The position numbers and the translations under genes are program-made. The notes under the pieces are model-generated. The model was not told the DNA's origin and did not search any database. It saw only the letters and a list, made by a program, of their open reading frames with translations. DNA of 64,000 bases, taken from NCBI RefSeq assembly GCF_009914755.1, contig NC_060925.1. One strand, given 5' to 3'. This DNA is from the human T2T-CHM13v2.0 reference genome, Homo sapiens. Positions 46,061-61,038 of the stretch are shown here, piece after piece (positions within the stretch are counted from its first letter, which is position 1; each line of letters begins with the position of its first letter).

Positions 46061-46413
46061 AGATATATACATATGACCTATATATAATATGAAAAAGGAT
46101 TAGTTTACAGAATAGACAAGTAGAAAAAAGAGAAGAAAATGGTCCTAAATTGAAGAAAGATCGTAAGAGTCCACTGAATTCAAGAAAGAATTAATAAGAA
46201 AACAGACATGTAGACATGGACTGATTAAATTTCAGAATTCTAAGGAAAGAGAATCAAACTAGGATCAAACATCTTTTCTGGAACTCTGACTGCTGGAAGA
46301 GAATGGAATAGTATTTACACACTCTGAGAGGAAAAAATTATGGCATTACAATTAGTATTGTACATCAAGCCAAACAACTGTAGGGATATTATGTCACAAC
46401 AAAGGTATCTTCA

Positions 46414-47045
<632 letters not shown>

Positions 47046-47525
47046 GATACTTTCAGAGCTGAAAAGACTCTGGAAATATACCGTCCATATAACCTTTCTC
47101 AAAAAAAAAAAAATACTGAAGGAAACACTTGAGCCAAATAGAAAACAAAATGAAATCAGAAGAAGACATGGTATACAAGAAACAGCGGTGAGTTAAGAGT
47201 ATATAACTGTTGATGTTATGATGAGATTTAATTAAAAAGTGATACTTGAGCTAGGAGAAAGCTAATGAAAATCTACTCTACAGTTTTTAAAATTTTATTT
47301 TTTTTCCTCTCATTCTTGACATTTCATGATTCTTTTCCCTCATATTTGCCTTATTGCCTGGAGAATTCCTTTAGCCTGACTTTCAATTCACAAATAAGGT
47401 TTTCGGCTATATTTAGCCTGATAATTACTGACTCAGAACTTTTAATTTTGATAAGCACTTTGTTTTAATTTCCAAGGAATCTTTCTTGTTTTAACATTGC
47501 TTCCCTTATTAAAGAGATTATTCTT

Positions 47526-47829
47526 GGCTGGGCACAGTGGCTGACGCCTGTAATCTCAGCGCTTTAAGAGGCTGAGGCAAGCGGATGACGAGGTCAGGAG
47601 TTCGAGACCAGCCTGGCTAACATGGGGAAACCCCGTCTCTACTAAAAATACAAAAATTAGTTGGGCGTGGTGGCGGGCACCTGTAATCCAAACTACTAGG
47701 GGGGCTGAGGCAGGAGAATCATTTGAACCCTGGGCGTTGGAGGTTGCAGTGAGCTGAGATCACATCATTGCACTCTAGCCTGGGTGACAGGGTGAGACTC
47801 TGTCTCAAAAAAAAAAAAAAAAAAAAAAA
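47526..47829 (+). mobile_element. Alu (S-like)
   Basis: TSD core attattctt. Confidence 0.9.
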
Positions 47830-48067
47830 CATATTATTCTTGTTTATTTGGAATATCTCCTTGAATTTCAATGATAATATGAAATTTAAAAAGTTATTTT
47901 CTTTTTTTCTTCCTCTTTTTAAGTTTCTTGTGATCACCCAGGAGCTAAAAAGTTATTTTGTTTCTATGTTAACTTTTGGGAGGGGCCCTTTGTTTTGAAT
48001 CCGTTAATTATCTTCACAATATCTAATCATATTTCATTTTCAGCTTATTATAAATGAAAGTCTAGAT

Positions 48068-48281
48068 TAGTGTCATCTGATAGAACTTTCTGCAATGATA
48101 AAAATGTTCTATTCTATATGATCCAAAATGGTAGCTACTAGCCACATGTGGCTACTAAGCATTAGAAATGAGGCTAGTGCAACCGAGGGACCAAATTTTA
48201 AATTTTACTTAGTTTTAATTAATTTAAATTGAAATACACGTAGCCACATATGGCTAGTGGCTACTATACTGGACAGTGCAG
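48068..48281. mobile_element. MER3-like hAT-Charlie element
   Basis: Internal tagccacatgtggcta palindromes; perfect 8-bp TSD gtctagat. Confidence 0.85.
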
Positions 48282-48523
48282 GTCTAGATTGTTAATTATA
48301 CTTGGCTAATATGGGTTCTTCCAGCAAATGTATTGATCACTATTGATTTCTTCAGCAAGACCCCACCTTTTCCTAGTCTGGTGAGCTCCATGGAAGGTAC
48401 AAAAGATGGCTGAGCTGAAGCGTAGAAAAAGATCAGTAGGGAAACCCCCCAACCTTAGTAAGGCTTGGCAGGAAGGTGTCTGTCTCTGCCTCTTTGTCTT
48501 TCTGTCCTTCACCACCCTCCTAT

Positions 48524-48534
48524 ACATACACACA

Positions 48535-48573
<39 letters not shown>
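48524..48573. repeat. (CA)n microsatellite
   Basis: Dinucleotide run. Confidence 0.95.
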
Positions 48574-48576
<3 letters not shown>

Positions 48577-48830
48577 GTGGTACCCAGTGGTGGCCAGCAG
48601 AAATGTTCACGCTATCTCCCTCAACAGCTCATTTGCATCTCTGCAGAGCTCTTCCCAGCTTCAGATTCATGAGTAGAGGCTCTTTTAGGAATGGAGCAGA
48701 ATTTTCTCTCTAACAGTGGCTGCATTGCCCCAGTAGGCGACTGTTAGTAAAAGGAAGTTGAACAGAGATGCTTAGTCCTACATTGCACTTCGAAAATACA
48801 AAATAATGGCACTATAAAAATCCAAAATCT

Positions 48831-49155
<325 letters not shown>

Positions 49156-49209
49156 TTATAGTTAAGACTATTAATGTGAAGCAAACCCAACTTACTTGGT
49201 TCTAAGTGT

Positions 49210-49669
49210 TGTGATGCACAGTATATAACTACTGTCCCCCTAAAATTCATGTCCACCTGGAATCTATGAATGTGACCTTATTTAGAAATAAGAGCACTGC
49301 AGATATGATCAAGTTAAGATGAGGTCCTTCTGAATTAGAGTGGGCCCTAAATCCAACCGGTATCCTCATAAAAAAGGCATGTGAAGACAGAGATACAGAA
49401 AAGGTCATATGATGGTGGAAGCCGAGATTAGAGTGACGTAGCTGCAAGCTAAGGAAGGCCAAGCATTGCTGGCCACCACTAGAAGCCAGGAGGAAGCAAG
49501 GAGGGATTCTTCTTCAGAACCTCCGGAGGGAGTATGGCCCCATGACACCTTGATTTCAGACTTCTACCCTTCAGAGCTATGAGAAAATACATTTCTGTTA
49601 TTTTAAGCCACCCAGTTTATGGGTGGCAAAAACCCAGTTTTGTTACAGCAACCCTAAGAAACTAATACA
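49210..49669 (+). mobile_element. MLT1B/C-like MaLR LTR
   Basis: gaatgtgaccttattt...ccactagaagccaggagg...gaaactaataca. Confidence 0.8.
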
Positions 49670-50688
49670 GTATTGATTCCTAAAACAAAAACGAAATCAC
49701 TTTGGCTTATTTTCCACAGAGGAAAAAAAGTACCACACATTTTGCTATAGCTGAATGATAGCAAGCAGATTTATATACCAATCTTGTTTGACGTGGATTT
49801 TTTGAGAATACATTTTAGTAGTATGTTAGTTGGGGATAAGGTTTACAAATGACCAAAAGTTAACACAAACAGCCTTGAGAGAGAGAGAGAGAGAGAGTGT
49901 GCGTATGTCACAAAGGTGGGAACAAAGGGAGTGGGGTAGGGTTCTAGGAGTGGGTCCTGATTTCCCAAGAAAAGAACCACCAATCCAGGACCAACACAGC
50001 TATAGCAGGGCCTCTTGAGCCACTGAAGGCAGCACCAGACACTGGCTTCTCCTCTCTTCCTGTACATTATCTTCATTCTTCTATCTATAGACTACCTTTA
50101 TCTTCTAAGTGAAAACATGACTGTCAGCAGCTTTCAAGCTTTATCATTTACAGAGCTTGCCTGAAGACAGACTGATTCCATTCTCTAGGTCTCCAAGCCC
50201 AGAAAGCTCAGAGAAAGACTTCGATTGGTCTGAGTTAGGCCAGCTGTCCACCCCTGAACTATCCAGAGCAGCCCTGCAGCTGGGCCGTTCCCAGAGAGAG
50301 GGATGGATAAAGGCACTCACTCTACATAAGGAACAGCTCTAGTTTCCTTCCTTAATTAAGAAGTAGTTTCACTTAAAAAAAAAAATCTCTAAACACTGAC
50401 TAAAACGCTATAATGAAGTGAGCAACCAGGGGTAAAGAAGTACTAATAATTTCAAAGGCAGACACAAGTATGATTTGGAGAAGAAACAGCAGTCATAGAT
50501 AAATCAAATTATCAATAAACGTAACACATTGATAGAGAGCTTTAATGAAGAGCCAATAAGCACATGAACAGGATGCTTCGTGTATGTAAGTAAAAATAAA
50601 ATAATTTTCACTATTGGAATTCAACGAAAAACTGCTTTCTCTATTTAAAAGAATAAAAAATATGCAAAAAATTAAGCAACCATTTTTT

Positions 50689-53061
50689 TTCCTTCAACTT
50701 TTAAGTTCCAGGGTATGTGTGCAGGATGTGCAGGTTTATTACACAGGTAAACGTGTGCCATGGTGGTTTGCTGCACAAATTAATCCATTACCTAGGTATT
50801 AAGTCCAGCATCCACTAACTATTCTTCCTGATGCTCTACCTCCCCCAACCCCTCCCTTCAACAGGCCCCAATGTGTGTTGTTCCCCCATATGTACCCATG
50901 TATTCTCATTGTTCAGCTCCTACTTATAAGTGAAAACGTGTAGTATTTAGTTTTCTGTTCCTGCATTAGTTTGCTGAGGATAACGGCTTCTGGCTCCATC
51001 CATATCCCTGCAAAGGACATGATCTTGTTCCTTTTTATTGCTGCATAGTATTTCATAGTGTATATGTACCACATTTTCTTTATCCATTCTATCATTGATG
51101 GGCATTTGGGTTGATTCCATGTCTTTGCTATCGTGAATAGTGCTGCAGTGAACATATGTGTGCATGTATCTTTACAACAGAATGATTTACATTCCTTTGG
51201 GTATATACCCAGCAATGGGATTGCTAGGTCAAGTGGTATTTCTGCCTCTAGATTTCTGAGGAATCGCCACACTATCTTCCACAATGGTTGAACTAATTTA
51301 CATTCCCACCAATACTGTAAAAGCATTCCTTTTTCTCCACAACCTCACCAACATCTGTTGTTTCTGGACTTTTTAATAATCGCCATTCTGAGTGGTGTGA
51401 GATGGTATCTCATTGTGGTTTTGATTTGCGTTTCTCTAATAATCAGTGATGTTGAGCTTTCTTTCATATGTTTGTTGGCTGCATGAATGTCTTCTTTTGA
51501 GAAGTGTCTGTTCATGTCCTTTGCCCACTTTTTAATAACAGTTTTTTTCTTGTAAATTTGTTTAAGTTCCTTGTAGACTCTGTATATTAGACCTTTGTCA
51601 GATGGACATATTGCAAAAATTTTCTCCAATCCTGTAGGTTGTCTGTTCACTCTGATGAGTTTCTTTTGCTGTGCACAAGCTCTTTAGTTTAATTAGATCA
51701 CATTTTTCAATTTTTACTTTTGTTGCAATTGCTTTTGGCATTTTCATCATAAAATCTTTGCCCATGCTGGTGTCCTGAATACTACTGCTTAGATTTTCTT
51801 CTAGGGTTTTTATAATTTTGGGTTTTACATTTATGTCTTTAATCCACCTTGAGTTAGTTTCTGTATAAAGTGTAAGGAAGGAATCCAGCTTCAATTTTCT
51901 GCATATGGCTAGCCAGTTCAACTCCTTGCAAAATAGAAAATTCTTTCCCCATTGTTCGTTTTTGTCAGGTTTGTAGATCAGATGGTTGTAAATGTGTGGT
52001 CTTATTTCTGAGTTCTCTATTCTGTTCCATTGGTCTGTATCTGTTTTTGTACAAGTATCACGCTGTTTTGGTTACTGTAGCCTTGTAGTATAGTTTGAAG
52101 TCAGGTAGCATGATGCCTCCAGCTTTGTTCTTTTTGCTTAGGATTGTCTTGGCTATTTGGGCTCCTTTTTGGTTCCATATGAATTTTAAAATAGTTTCTT
52201 ATAATTCTGTGAAGAATGTAAATGGTGGTTTAATGGGAATAGCATTGAATCTATAAATTACTTTGGGCAGTATAGCCATTTCACAATATTGATTCTTCCT
52301 ATCCATGAGCATGGAATGTATTTCCATTTGTTTGTGTCCTCTCTGATTTCACTGAGCAGTGGTTTGTAGCTCTCCTTGAAGAGGTCCTTCACTTCCCTTG
52401 TTAGCTATATTCCTAGGTATTTTATTCTTTTTGCAGTGATTGTGAATGGGAGTTCATTCATGATTTGGGTTTCGGCTTGCCTGTTGTTGGTGTATAGGAA
52501 TGCTAGTGATTCTGCACATTGATTTTGTTTCCTGAGACTTGGCTAAAGTTGCTTATCAGCTTAAGAAGTTTTTGGGCTGAGACAATGGGATTTTCTAGAT
52601 ATAGGATCATGTCATCTGCAAGCAAGGATAATTTGACTTCCTCTCTCCCTATCTGAATACACTTCATTTCTTTCTCTTTCCTGATTGCCCTGGCCAGAAC
52701 TTCCAATACTATGTTGAATAGGAGTGGTGAGAGAGGGCATCTTTGTCTCGTGCTAATTTTCAAGGGGAATGCTTCCAGCTTTTGTCCATTCAGTATGATA
52801 TTGGCTCTGGGTTTGTCATATATGGCTCTTATTATTTTGAGGTATGTTCCTTCAATACCTAGATTATTGACAGTTTTTAACACGAAAGGATGTTGAATTT
52901 TATCAAAGGCCTTTTCTGTGTCTATTGAGATAATTACGTCGTTTTTGTCTTTAGTTCTGTTTATGTGATGAATTACATTTATTGATTTGCGTATGTTGAA
53001 TCAACCTTGCATCCCGGGTATGAAGCCAACTTGATCATGGTGGATAAACTTTTTGATGTGC
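50689..53061 (-). mobile_element. 5'-truncated L1PA-type LINE-1 (3' part of ORF2 + 3' UTR), ~2.4 kb
   Basis: ORF2 fragments ([14 protein letters not shown]-like, xADD RT motif, [12 protein letters not shown]); 16-bp TSD taagcaaccatttttt at 50673-50688 and 53062-53077. Confidence 0.95.
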
Positions 53062-53261
53062 TAAGCAACCATTTTTTAATTTGAAGATTTATTTTATAGA
53101 AATTCATATCTTTTGGTAGCAAAGGAAATGTATTTCATCACCAGCAAACATTTGACTGCCCATTGTGGGTAGGGCACTGAAGTGCCATGAGATTATTACT
53201 AGAGACAATTAAACTCAATGTGCAACTTGTAATTTTCTTAGAAATAGAAATTGTCACTTAC

Positions 53262-53413
53262 CATGTTACTAGGGTCTCTATCAGCTCGATCTAGTTCAAA
53301 AGAATTTATTTTATTGGCACTCATTTCATCAGTGTCAGCAATGACATAATGTCTAGGTGAGTAGGCATTGGACAAGCTCCCAAGCAGCCTCAGGATCTCA
53401 GTGGTATGCCCAC
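53262..53413 (-). CDS. ALG14: ALG14 coding exon 2 (codons 46-96)
   Basis: Acceptor tttttccag|GT, donor ATG|gtaagt, 152 nt. Phase fits exon 1 and completes the GSGGHT glycosyltransferase motif: GGHTTEILRLLGSLSNAYSPRHYVIADTDEMSANKINSFELDRADRDPSNM. Confidence 0.97.
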
Positions 53414-54593
53414 CTGGAAAAAATATCAGAAGTCCTAAGATTAAGAAACCCACAATGGACATATCCATTTGACCATGTTATACCAATATCATGGTTTCAG
53501 GTTGGGGGTGGGGGGGCACTGTAATTGTATATTTCTCAGAAGACACAAGGAACATTTGAAAACAATAAATCTATGCCCTCGTATAAATACAACTTTTATA
53601 TCAAAAGCAGATAATACATGTATAAAAATAAAATCAGCACTAGCAGTAGGTACTAAGGAAGGCACAAAACAGTATAAGACATAGCTCTTGCTATCAAGAA
53701 GACTGGTGAGAAAGGGGCAAGACACATATATGAAGACAAAGAAGATGCAAGACAGTAAGAAAAACTAAAATGTGAAGGGTAAGCAAATGGTTATGAAAAA
53801 TCAATGCCTTAAAAATAAGGAAGAACCCCGGAAAAGGCTGAGATGACTTGAAAGGTGAAGATAATGGAGAGATAGGAGTAGGGAGGCCACTGGGTGGAGA
53901 TGGGGATTGTTAGGGCATGAGATGACAAGATCTGAAACATGTGTTCAAAGAGTGATAGCAATACTGGGAAGAAGGGTACAGGTGAAATAAGGCACGAAAG
54001 CAGGATGGGAAAAGGGAAGCCAGTCACTGAAGGTTCTATGTAGAGAAGTAAGGTGAAGGGGGCATGAGCGCTGATCAGCAGGGCTTGGGCCTTCCTAAGA
54101 AACATCTTTTGTTCACCACTGTAACCCCAGCTCCTATGAGAGGTCTCAGCACACTGCAGGTCCTCAAATATTTATCAGCTTCACCAAATGAGTAATGTTC
54201 AGTTTCTGAAATCATATAATCTCCAAAATTTTAATACATTAATTTTGAAAGCATAAATTTAAAAATCAACTATGTTCATTGAGACAATGAAAACATTGTT
54301 TATGAAAACAACAATAGAATATCTACCTATCTATAAACGATTTAAGCACAACAGTCAAACTCCTTATCAAGGAGCCCTATCACACCCATTTCAGTCTCGT
54401 TTCACAAGCTCTCTGCCTCAGTCAGGTTGATGTCTTCAACATTCTCTGCATTCACCTTATTCGTTACTCACTCCTTGCCTCTGGTCATGCTGCTCCCCCT
54501 ACCTACAAGGCTTCCTCCACCCCACCTCCCTTATTGTTGTAAGAAAGAGTATATAGTGATACAAGAACACAAACAAAGATAAATTAAACATGA

Positions 54594-54919
<326 letters not shown>

Positions 54920-55147
54920 ACATTTTTTTTTAATAGTAGAAAGGAAAGGATTTCGTTCTAGATCCCAGAAGGAATTATATATAGAAACAAATTTGGCATA
55001 GATTTAGTGTGAATTTCAGGAATTAAAATCATACATTAGCTTTATAACCTGTCACCCATCTTCTTGACTGGGGCATATAATTTACACATCTGGTTTATAC
55101 TCATTTTAGTATCTTTGGTTTAGCCTCGAAAAAAAACAAAAAAGTTA

Positions 55148-55273
55148 GGCCAGGTGCGGTGGCTCATGCCTGTAATCCCAGCTATTCAGGAGGCTGAGGC
55201 AGGAGAATCACCTGAGACTGCACTCCAGCCTGTGCAACAGAGCGAGACTCTGTCTCAAAAAAGAAAAAAAAAA
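55148..55273 (+). mobile_element. Alu, heavily deleted
   Basis: Alu head fused to right-arm pieces and an A tail. Confidence 0.8.
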
Positions 55274-55457
55274 CAAGTGGTGGTACTCCAAGTAGGTATT
55301 TGTTTTCACAGCTGGAATAATTAAGGATAAAACCTAATATCCACAACATCTTCCACTACAATTAAAACTTCATTATACCTGCTTTAATAGTCTTTTATTT
55401 CCTTTTTTAAACTTTTTATTTTTATTTTTATTTTTTAAGGAAACCCTCATTGAATAC

Positions 55458-55890
55458 TGTGAAAGTTGTCAGGATAAAAATAGAGTCACTTGTGACAAAA
55501 TGGAGCTGGGAAAGGCCATGAAGGAAGGGTTCTTAATGCTCAATCGCCTGAAAACAAGAACTGTTACAAAAGACTATACCAAAACCACAACCTTGTACAA
55601 AGGCCACTGCAACCTTATGCAAAAAAAAACTTCTGCAAGGACATCTGCCCAGCAGTTGCCTGCCTAACCTTGGACTGATGCCACCCTTATTATTGATCCC
55701 TGTAAGCAAGGATAATTGTTTCAAAACAACTTATGTAACCCTCCCCATTTTAGCTTTAAAAATTGCTGTCTTCCCTTGCCTCTTTGAATGTGCCCATAGT
55801 TTACTCGGCATGTGTGTTCCACACTACAATGCTTACTCTTGAATACACTTATTATCTTTGGAGAATCTCTCTCTGTTATTTAGCTTGACA
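55458..55890 (+). mobile_element. ERV1-class solo LTR (subfamily not assigned)
   Basis: tgtgaaagttgtcag...ttatttagcttgaca with TG..CA termini, 433 bp. Confidence 0.7.
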
Positions 55891-55999
55891 GTATATTCAC
55901 TGAAAATTTAAACTTGTTACTGAATAAAGTCATTAAAATGATGGATTTTGTCTTCCATTTTACTCTTTTATTAAGATACATTTTTTTTGAGAATAAGAA

Positions 56000-56602
56000 T
56001 CTCTAAGTTCTACCTTAAAATACATCCAGCATCCAATCATTTCTCACCATTTCTTTTGCTACTCCCCTGCTCCAGGCCACTATCACCTCTCATACGGATT
56101 ATGAACAGTTTCTTGATCTGTTCCCTGACCCACTTCCCCTTCAGTCTATCGCAACATAACATCCCGTGTGACCCTATTCGAGTTGATCAAATTATTTACT
56201 TCTGCTCAAAATCCTCCAGTGGCTTCATGTCTCATGTGAAATAAAAGGCTTCTTATACTCTGACCTCAACTATGTTCCCTCTTGGAGCTCATCTCCTGTT
56301 CCTCCCCACTTACTCAGTCTACTCTAATCACTCTAGCCTCCTTGCTGTTGGCTGTCATCTCCCCAAGAAGGCTTTCCCTGACAATCTTCATAAAAAAGCA
56401 ATGCCCCTTCCCCAAATCGTAGTGTTTATCACTGCATAACTTACTATGTAGTCTATTTATTTGTTTTGCTTTTTATCTCCCTCTATCCATGCCTCACTAG
56501 AAGGCAAGCACCATACTATGAGGGCAGGGATTTGTGTTTGTTACTGCTGTACCTCCTATTCCTAGAAATAGCAGGCTGTCCTATTGAATGAAAGAATGAA
56601 TG
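56000..56602 (+). mobile_element. L2 LINE fragment
   Basis: ctgctcaaaatcctccagtggctt...tgagggcagggat...tgaatgaaagaatgaatg. Confidence 0.65.
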
Positions 56603-56702
56603 TTTGATATTAAATCTAACATTTGCCTAAGAAGGCTGTATTATGTTTCAAAGAAAAGTAGTTTTGGCAAATGTTCTCTGAACAGAAGTGATCTACTAAT
56701 AA

Positions 56703-56987
56703 TTTTTTATTTTTTTGAGATGGAGTCTTGCTCTGTTGCCCAGGCGTGATCTCGGCTCACGGCAACCTCTGCCTCCTGGGTTCAAGCGATTCTCCTGCCT
56801 CAGCCTCCTGAGTAGCTGGGATTACAGGCACCTGCGACCATGCCCAGCTAATTTTTTTGTATTTTTTAGTAGAGATGGGGTTTTGCCATGTTGGCCAGGC
56901 TGGTCTTGAACTCCTGACCTCAGGTGATCCACCTACCTCAGCCTCCCAAATTGCTGGGATTACAAGCGTGAGCCACAGTGCCTGGCC
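56703..56987 (-). mobile_element. Alu (S-like)
   Basis: TSD tactaataat.tttt. Confidence 0.9.
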
Positions 56988-57595
56988 TACTAATAATATT
57001 TTATGATATCTAAAGAGTAAATGTCGCTTGGTCTTCAAGGTAAATATTGAAAATGCCTTCTGCCTCCTCCAAAATTTTGGGCATGAACTATTAAACTGCT
57101 TATTTGATTACAAGTCTTCCTTTAATTGGCATGGTTCTTTCAGGCCCTTGATACCTTCCTACCCTCAATAATCTGAATGAAGGCACCATTTGCCAGGTGA
57201 ATTATCAACCTTAATTTTGGTTTCTAGTCCACCAAATGTAACACTATCAAGTGAATGGTTCTAACATCCATCCATTTGTTCAAGTCAGAAACCTGGAAAT
57301 CACCCTTCAGTCCTTCCCTCCCACATCCTCTACTTTCAATCCACAGTTGTGGATTTAACTCCTAAAATCTTCCAATCTCATCTGAATGCGATTGCTTTTC
57401 TCCAGCCCCACACCTATCACTCCAGTCAGACTCCAGTCTCTCAACTCTGGCCATTCCAAGTGCTATCACCTTCTTTTCACATCCTTATCTGAAATATTCA
57501 AAAGGCTCCTATTTGTTTCTCTACTTCGGTCTTTGTCAAGACATTCTTTTGACAATGCAGGCTTGAAGTGGGTGACTCTCCACTGAAAAAGATAA

Positions 57596-57730
57596 GTCAT
57601 GTGCGGTGGCACGTGCCTGTGGTACCAGCTACTCGGGAGGCTGTCTCAGAATCGCTTGATCCCAGGATTTAGAGGCAAGCCTGGGTACATAACAAGAGTC
57701 TGTCTTAAAAACAAAAACCAAAACAAAACT
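57596..57730 (+). mobile_element. Alu monomer (FLAM/FAM-like)
   Basis: Single diverged arm. Confidence 0.7.
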
Positions 57731-58058
57731 TCAAAAGCTCCTTTTGCCACCAAGACTAATAACAGTAACCATTTATTAAATGCTTATGTAAAAAGAAAAG
57801 AAAATGTCAAGACCTTCCAAATTTATTATGCCAAGGGGAAAAGCTAAGCCCTGGAAACTGACTCATGTAACATGGCTTTTTCTCTTTGGTGTATGTCTGT
57901 TGCTTCCTGACCTTTGTGTTGAGATGTTATACATTAACCAGATTCCCTAGTCTTTATTCAAACCTAGACTAAATGACATTGGAGATAGAGGCCTTTGTGA
58001 TTGTTACCTCCTTATACCAGAATGTTAAACAAATCCCTTAGTGTGTAATCAATAGTAG

Positions 58059-58841
58059 TGTTGGGACTTAGAAAATAATATCCCAAAATGAAGGCCTTAG
58101 AAGCAAAAATTTTTCTCTGGCCTTCTCCTGTCCTCTGTCTCTCAGTCCCATACTCCCCTGAGGCTTGCCATAGAAACTAGAATCTCTCTTCCCCAGGGCG
58201 GGTCACAGAAACCAAGAACTCCTTCTCCCAAAAGCTGGTCATAAAACCTAAAAATACTACTCTAATTTTACTCCACCTTTCTGTGTACAAACTGGCCATA
58301 AAGAAATTATCCGAGCTGGGGAGCTGGGCGAGGTGGCTCACACCTTTAATCCCAGCGCTTTGGAAGGCAGGAGAATTGCTTGAGGCCAGGAGTTCAAGAC
58401 CAGTCTGGCACACATAGCAAGACACCATCTCTATTTTTAAAATTAATTAATTAAATTAAAAAAATTATCTGATCTACCTTGTTTGACGGTAGGTCATAAG
58501 ACCCCCATTCCAGAGAGGGCCCTACCCCACATCCAGAAGGAAAGGAATGCATGCTCAGAGAGACCAAGAAAAATCTAGACAGGCCTTGCTGGGCTTCCCT
58601 ACTGTCTATTAGCATTAAATTATACCCTTTTGTCCAGTCATAATTCTACATGGCTGTCCATACTTTGCTGAACCTAAGCATAAAAACAGACCATTTCCCT
58701 TGTATCTCTGGGTCTTCATTCAGAACACTTTCATATATGCTTCATAAATTTGTATGCCTTTTCTCCTATTATTTCTGCCTCATCAGTGATTTTCAGTGAA
58801 ACTTCAGAGGGCAAAAGGGAAGTTTCCCCTTGGCCCTTACA
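58059..58841 (+). mobile_element. MER39-like ERV1 LTR (inner), containing an Alu monomer
   Basis: tgttgggacttagaaaa...cttggcccttaca; perfect 4-bp TSD gtag. Confidence 0.8.
58322..58460 (+). mobile_element. Alu monomer (FLAM-like) inside the MER39-like LTR
   Basis: TSD aa.aaattatc.ga. Confidence 0.8.
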
Positions 58842-59116
58842 GTAGCCAACCAAATCTTGTATCTGTATGTTGGCCTTTGTATGGAAAATATTGTAATTTT
58901 GTTCAGCATCTCTGTTCTTGCCTATACAAACTACCTTCATTCTTCCCCACATGGGGAGCACTGATTACATTCTTTGGTATAGGTTTGCTCCCCAGACACC
59001 CAATCTCACGCTTTGTGCTTGAATAAACTCTTCTAACTGGATATTGAGCCCTTTGATTATTTTAGGTTGACACTATATGTCAAGCACTTTACTGAACACT
59101 TTATTTTTTAATTTAA

Positions 59117-59520
<404 letters not shown>

Positions 59521-59663
59521 TAATTGCCTGAGATCCCCAAGGTAGTAAGTGGCAGAAATGTGATTCATGTGTGGTGTTATGACAACCTAGAGGCCTGTGG
59601 TCTTAACCCCTACATGATATCAACAGTGGAGTAGCAGCAATTGCTTTATAAAGCAGGATTTTA

Positions 59664-59953
59664 GGCCAGGGGTGGCTCACGTCTGCAACCCCAGCACTTT
59701 GGGATGCTGAGGCAGGAGGATCACTTGAGGTCGGAAGTTCAAGACCAGCCTTGGTCAACATGGTGAAACACTGTCTGTACTAAAAATACAAAAATTAGCT
59801 GAGTGTGGTGGTGCGCCTGTAATCCCAGCTACTCGGGAGGCTGAGGCAGGAGAATGGCTTGAATTTGGGAGGTGGAGTTGCAGTGAGCTGAGACTGCGCC
59901 ACTGCCCTCCAGCCTGGGCAACAGCGTGAGACTCTGTATAAAAAAGAAAAAAA
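59664..59953 (+). mobile_element. Alu (S-like)
   Basis: TSD aaagca.gatttta. Confidence 0.9.
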
Positions 59954-60759
59954 GCAAGATTTTAAATACTCTTTACAATCTGGACTCAGTTTACCTCCCT
60001 ACATTGAACTCTACACGATAGTGTTCTCTCAACTCTGGTCATTCCAAGTGTTATCACCTTCTTTTCACATCCTCCCAGCCCTCGAAACCCTGGCTGTCCC
60101 TCATCTGACTAATTCTGGGTCATCTTTCAAGTTTCAGTTTAGCATCATTTCTTCCAGGAAGCTGTCTGTTTTTTAAGACCTGATAAAGTAGTGCCCTTCC
60201 TGAAGACTGCCATAGCAATTTGTACTTCTTACACAATTATTACAAGATTATAGCATTTATCTCATTGTGGCAAATACTCATTTTGATTTATTTTCTGTTA
60301 GTTTTTTTGTATTCTCTATTTCATTTACTGCTGTATCTTTGCATCTCTCACAGGACTTAGCACGGAGTCAGCACTCCGTGGCAAGTAATGTTAGTCAGTT
60401 TTGTTATTTCCAGAGGTTAGTTTAGTGTTTGGTCTTTCTAACAGCTCAAAACAGATTAAGTGAATAAAGTAATGCGTTATACTTGAACATAAACTTAGTA
60501 CATTTACTCATACTATACATGTTCTATCTGGATGCAATCTCCTGCCATACCCAAATGTTTACATTGTGTCTGTGTGTGTCTGTCTGTCCCTGTCAAATAT
60601 GTGTATTTAAAATTGTAAGCACCTACAGAGTTGATGGATTTAGATTGTATTACCTGACAGGTCAGTGTGTTGCTCACACTCTGCCACCGCGTGTGTATTG
60701 TTCTACAGCCCGTAGATCATTGTTTTTATCCTCTTGGACTTTGTATATTTATAAATGTG

Positions 60760-60889
60760 ACAATTCATTTTGCCTCATTTGTCATGTAGCATTCGTGTTT
60801 CCTAAACTAAATACGCAATACCTAGATTAATAATGCACAACAGCCATACGGGGAAACTGCATGTTTGCATCAAAAGGCTTCTACGTTCT
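60760..60889 (+). repeat. 130-bp direct repeat, copy 1 (ALG14 intron 1)
   Basis: Aligns without gaps to 61460-61589 with 10 mismatches. Confidence 0.95.
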
Positions 60890-61038
60890 CTGTTCACTAA
60901 TTGTTTGAAAAATATACGCTACAGAGAGTCTTAATTATAGACAAGTGTAAATTACTTGTCATAAAAAAAACCTCTGGGCCGCGTCAGCAAACCAGCCCCT
61001 ACCCTGGCTGGACTGCCCGGTTCCGGCAAGGCAGAGAA

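Larger units (their letters stand above)
57787..59072 (+). mobile_element. ERV1-class solo LTR (outer), split by a second LTR
   Basis: tgtaaaaag...aataaactc...ttattttaggttgaca; interrupts a MIR. Confidence 0.7.

Noticed and set aside
50913-52883. Reverse-transcriptase ORFs as an active or novel RT system
   Set aside because: Broken ORF2 pieces of a 5'-truncated L1 with stops and frameshifts.
53238-53468. Hydrophobic extension MDMSIVGFLILGLLIFFP upstream of exon 2 as an alternative signal-anchor start
   Set aside because: It is the T-rich acceptor region of intron 1 read in frame; no promoter evidence nearby.
60755-60897. 130-bp repeat unit as an H/ACA snoRNA (right size, ACA near the minus-strand 3' end of copy 1)
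   Set aside because: No clear two-hairpin fold or H box by eye, and copy 2 lacks the terminal ACA and lies upstream of exon 1. An Infernal/Rfam search would settle it.
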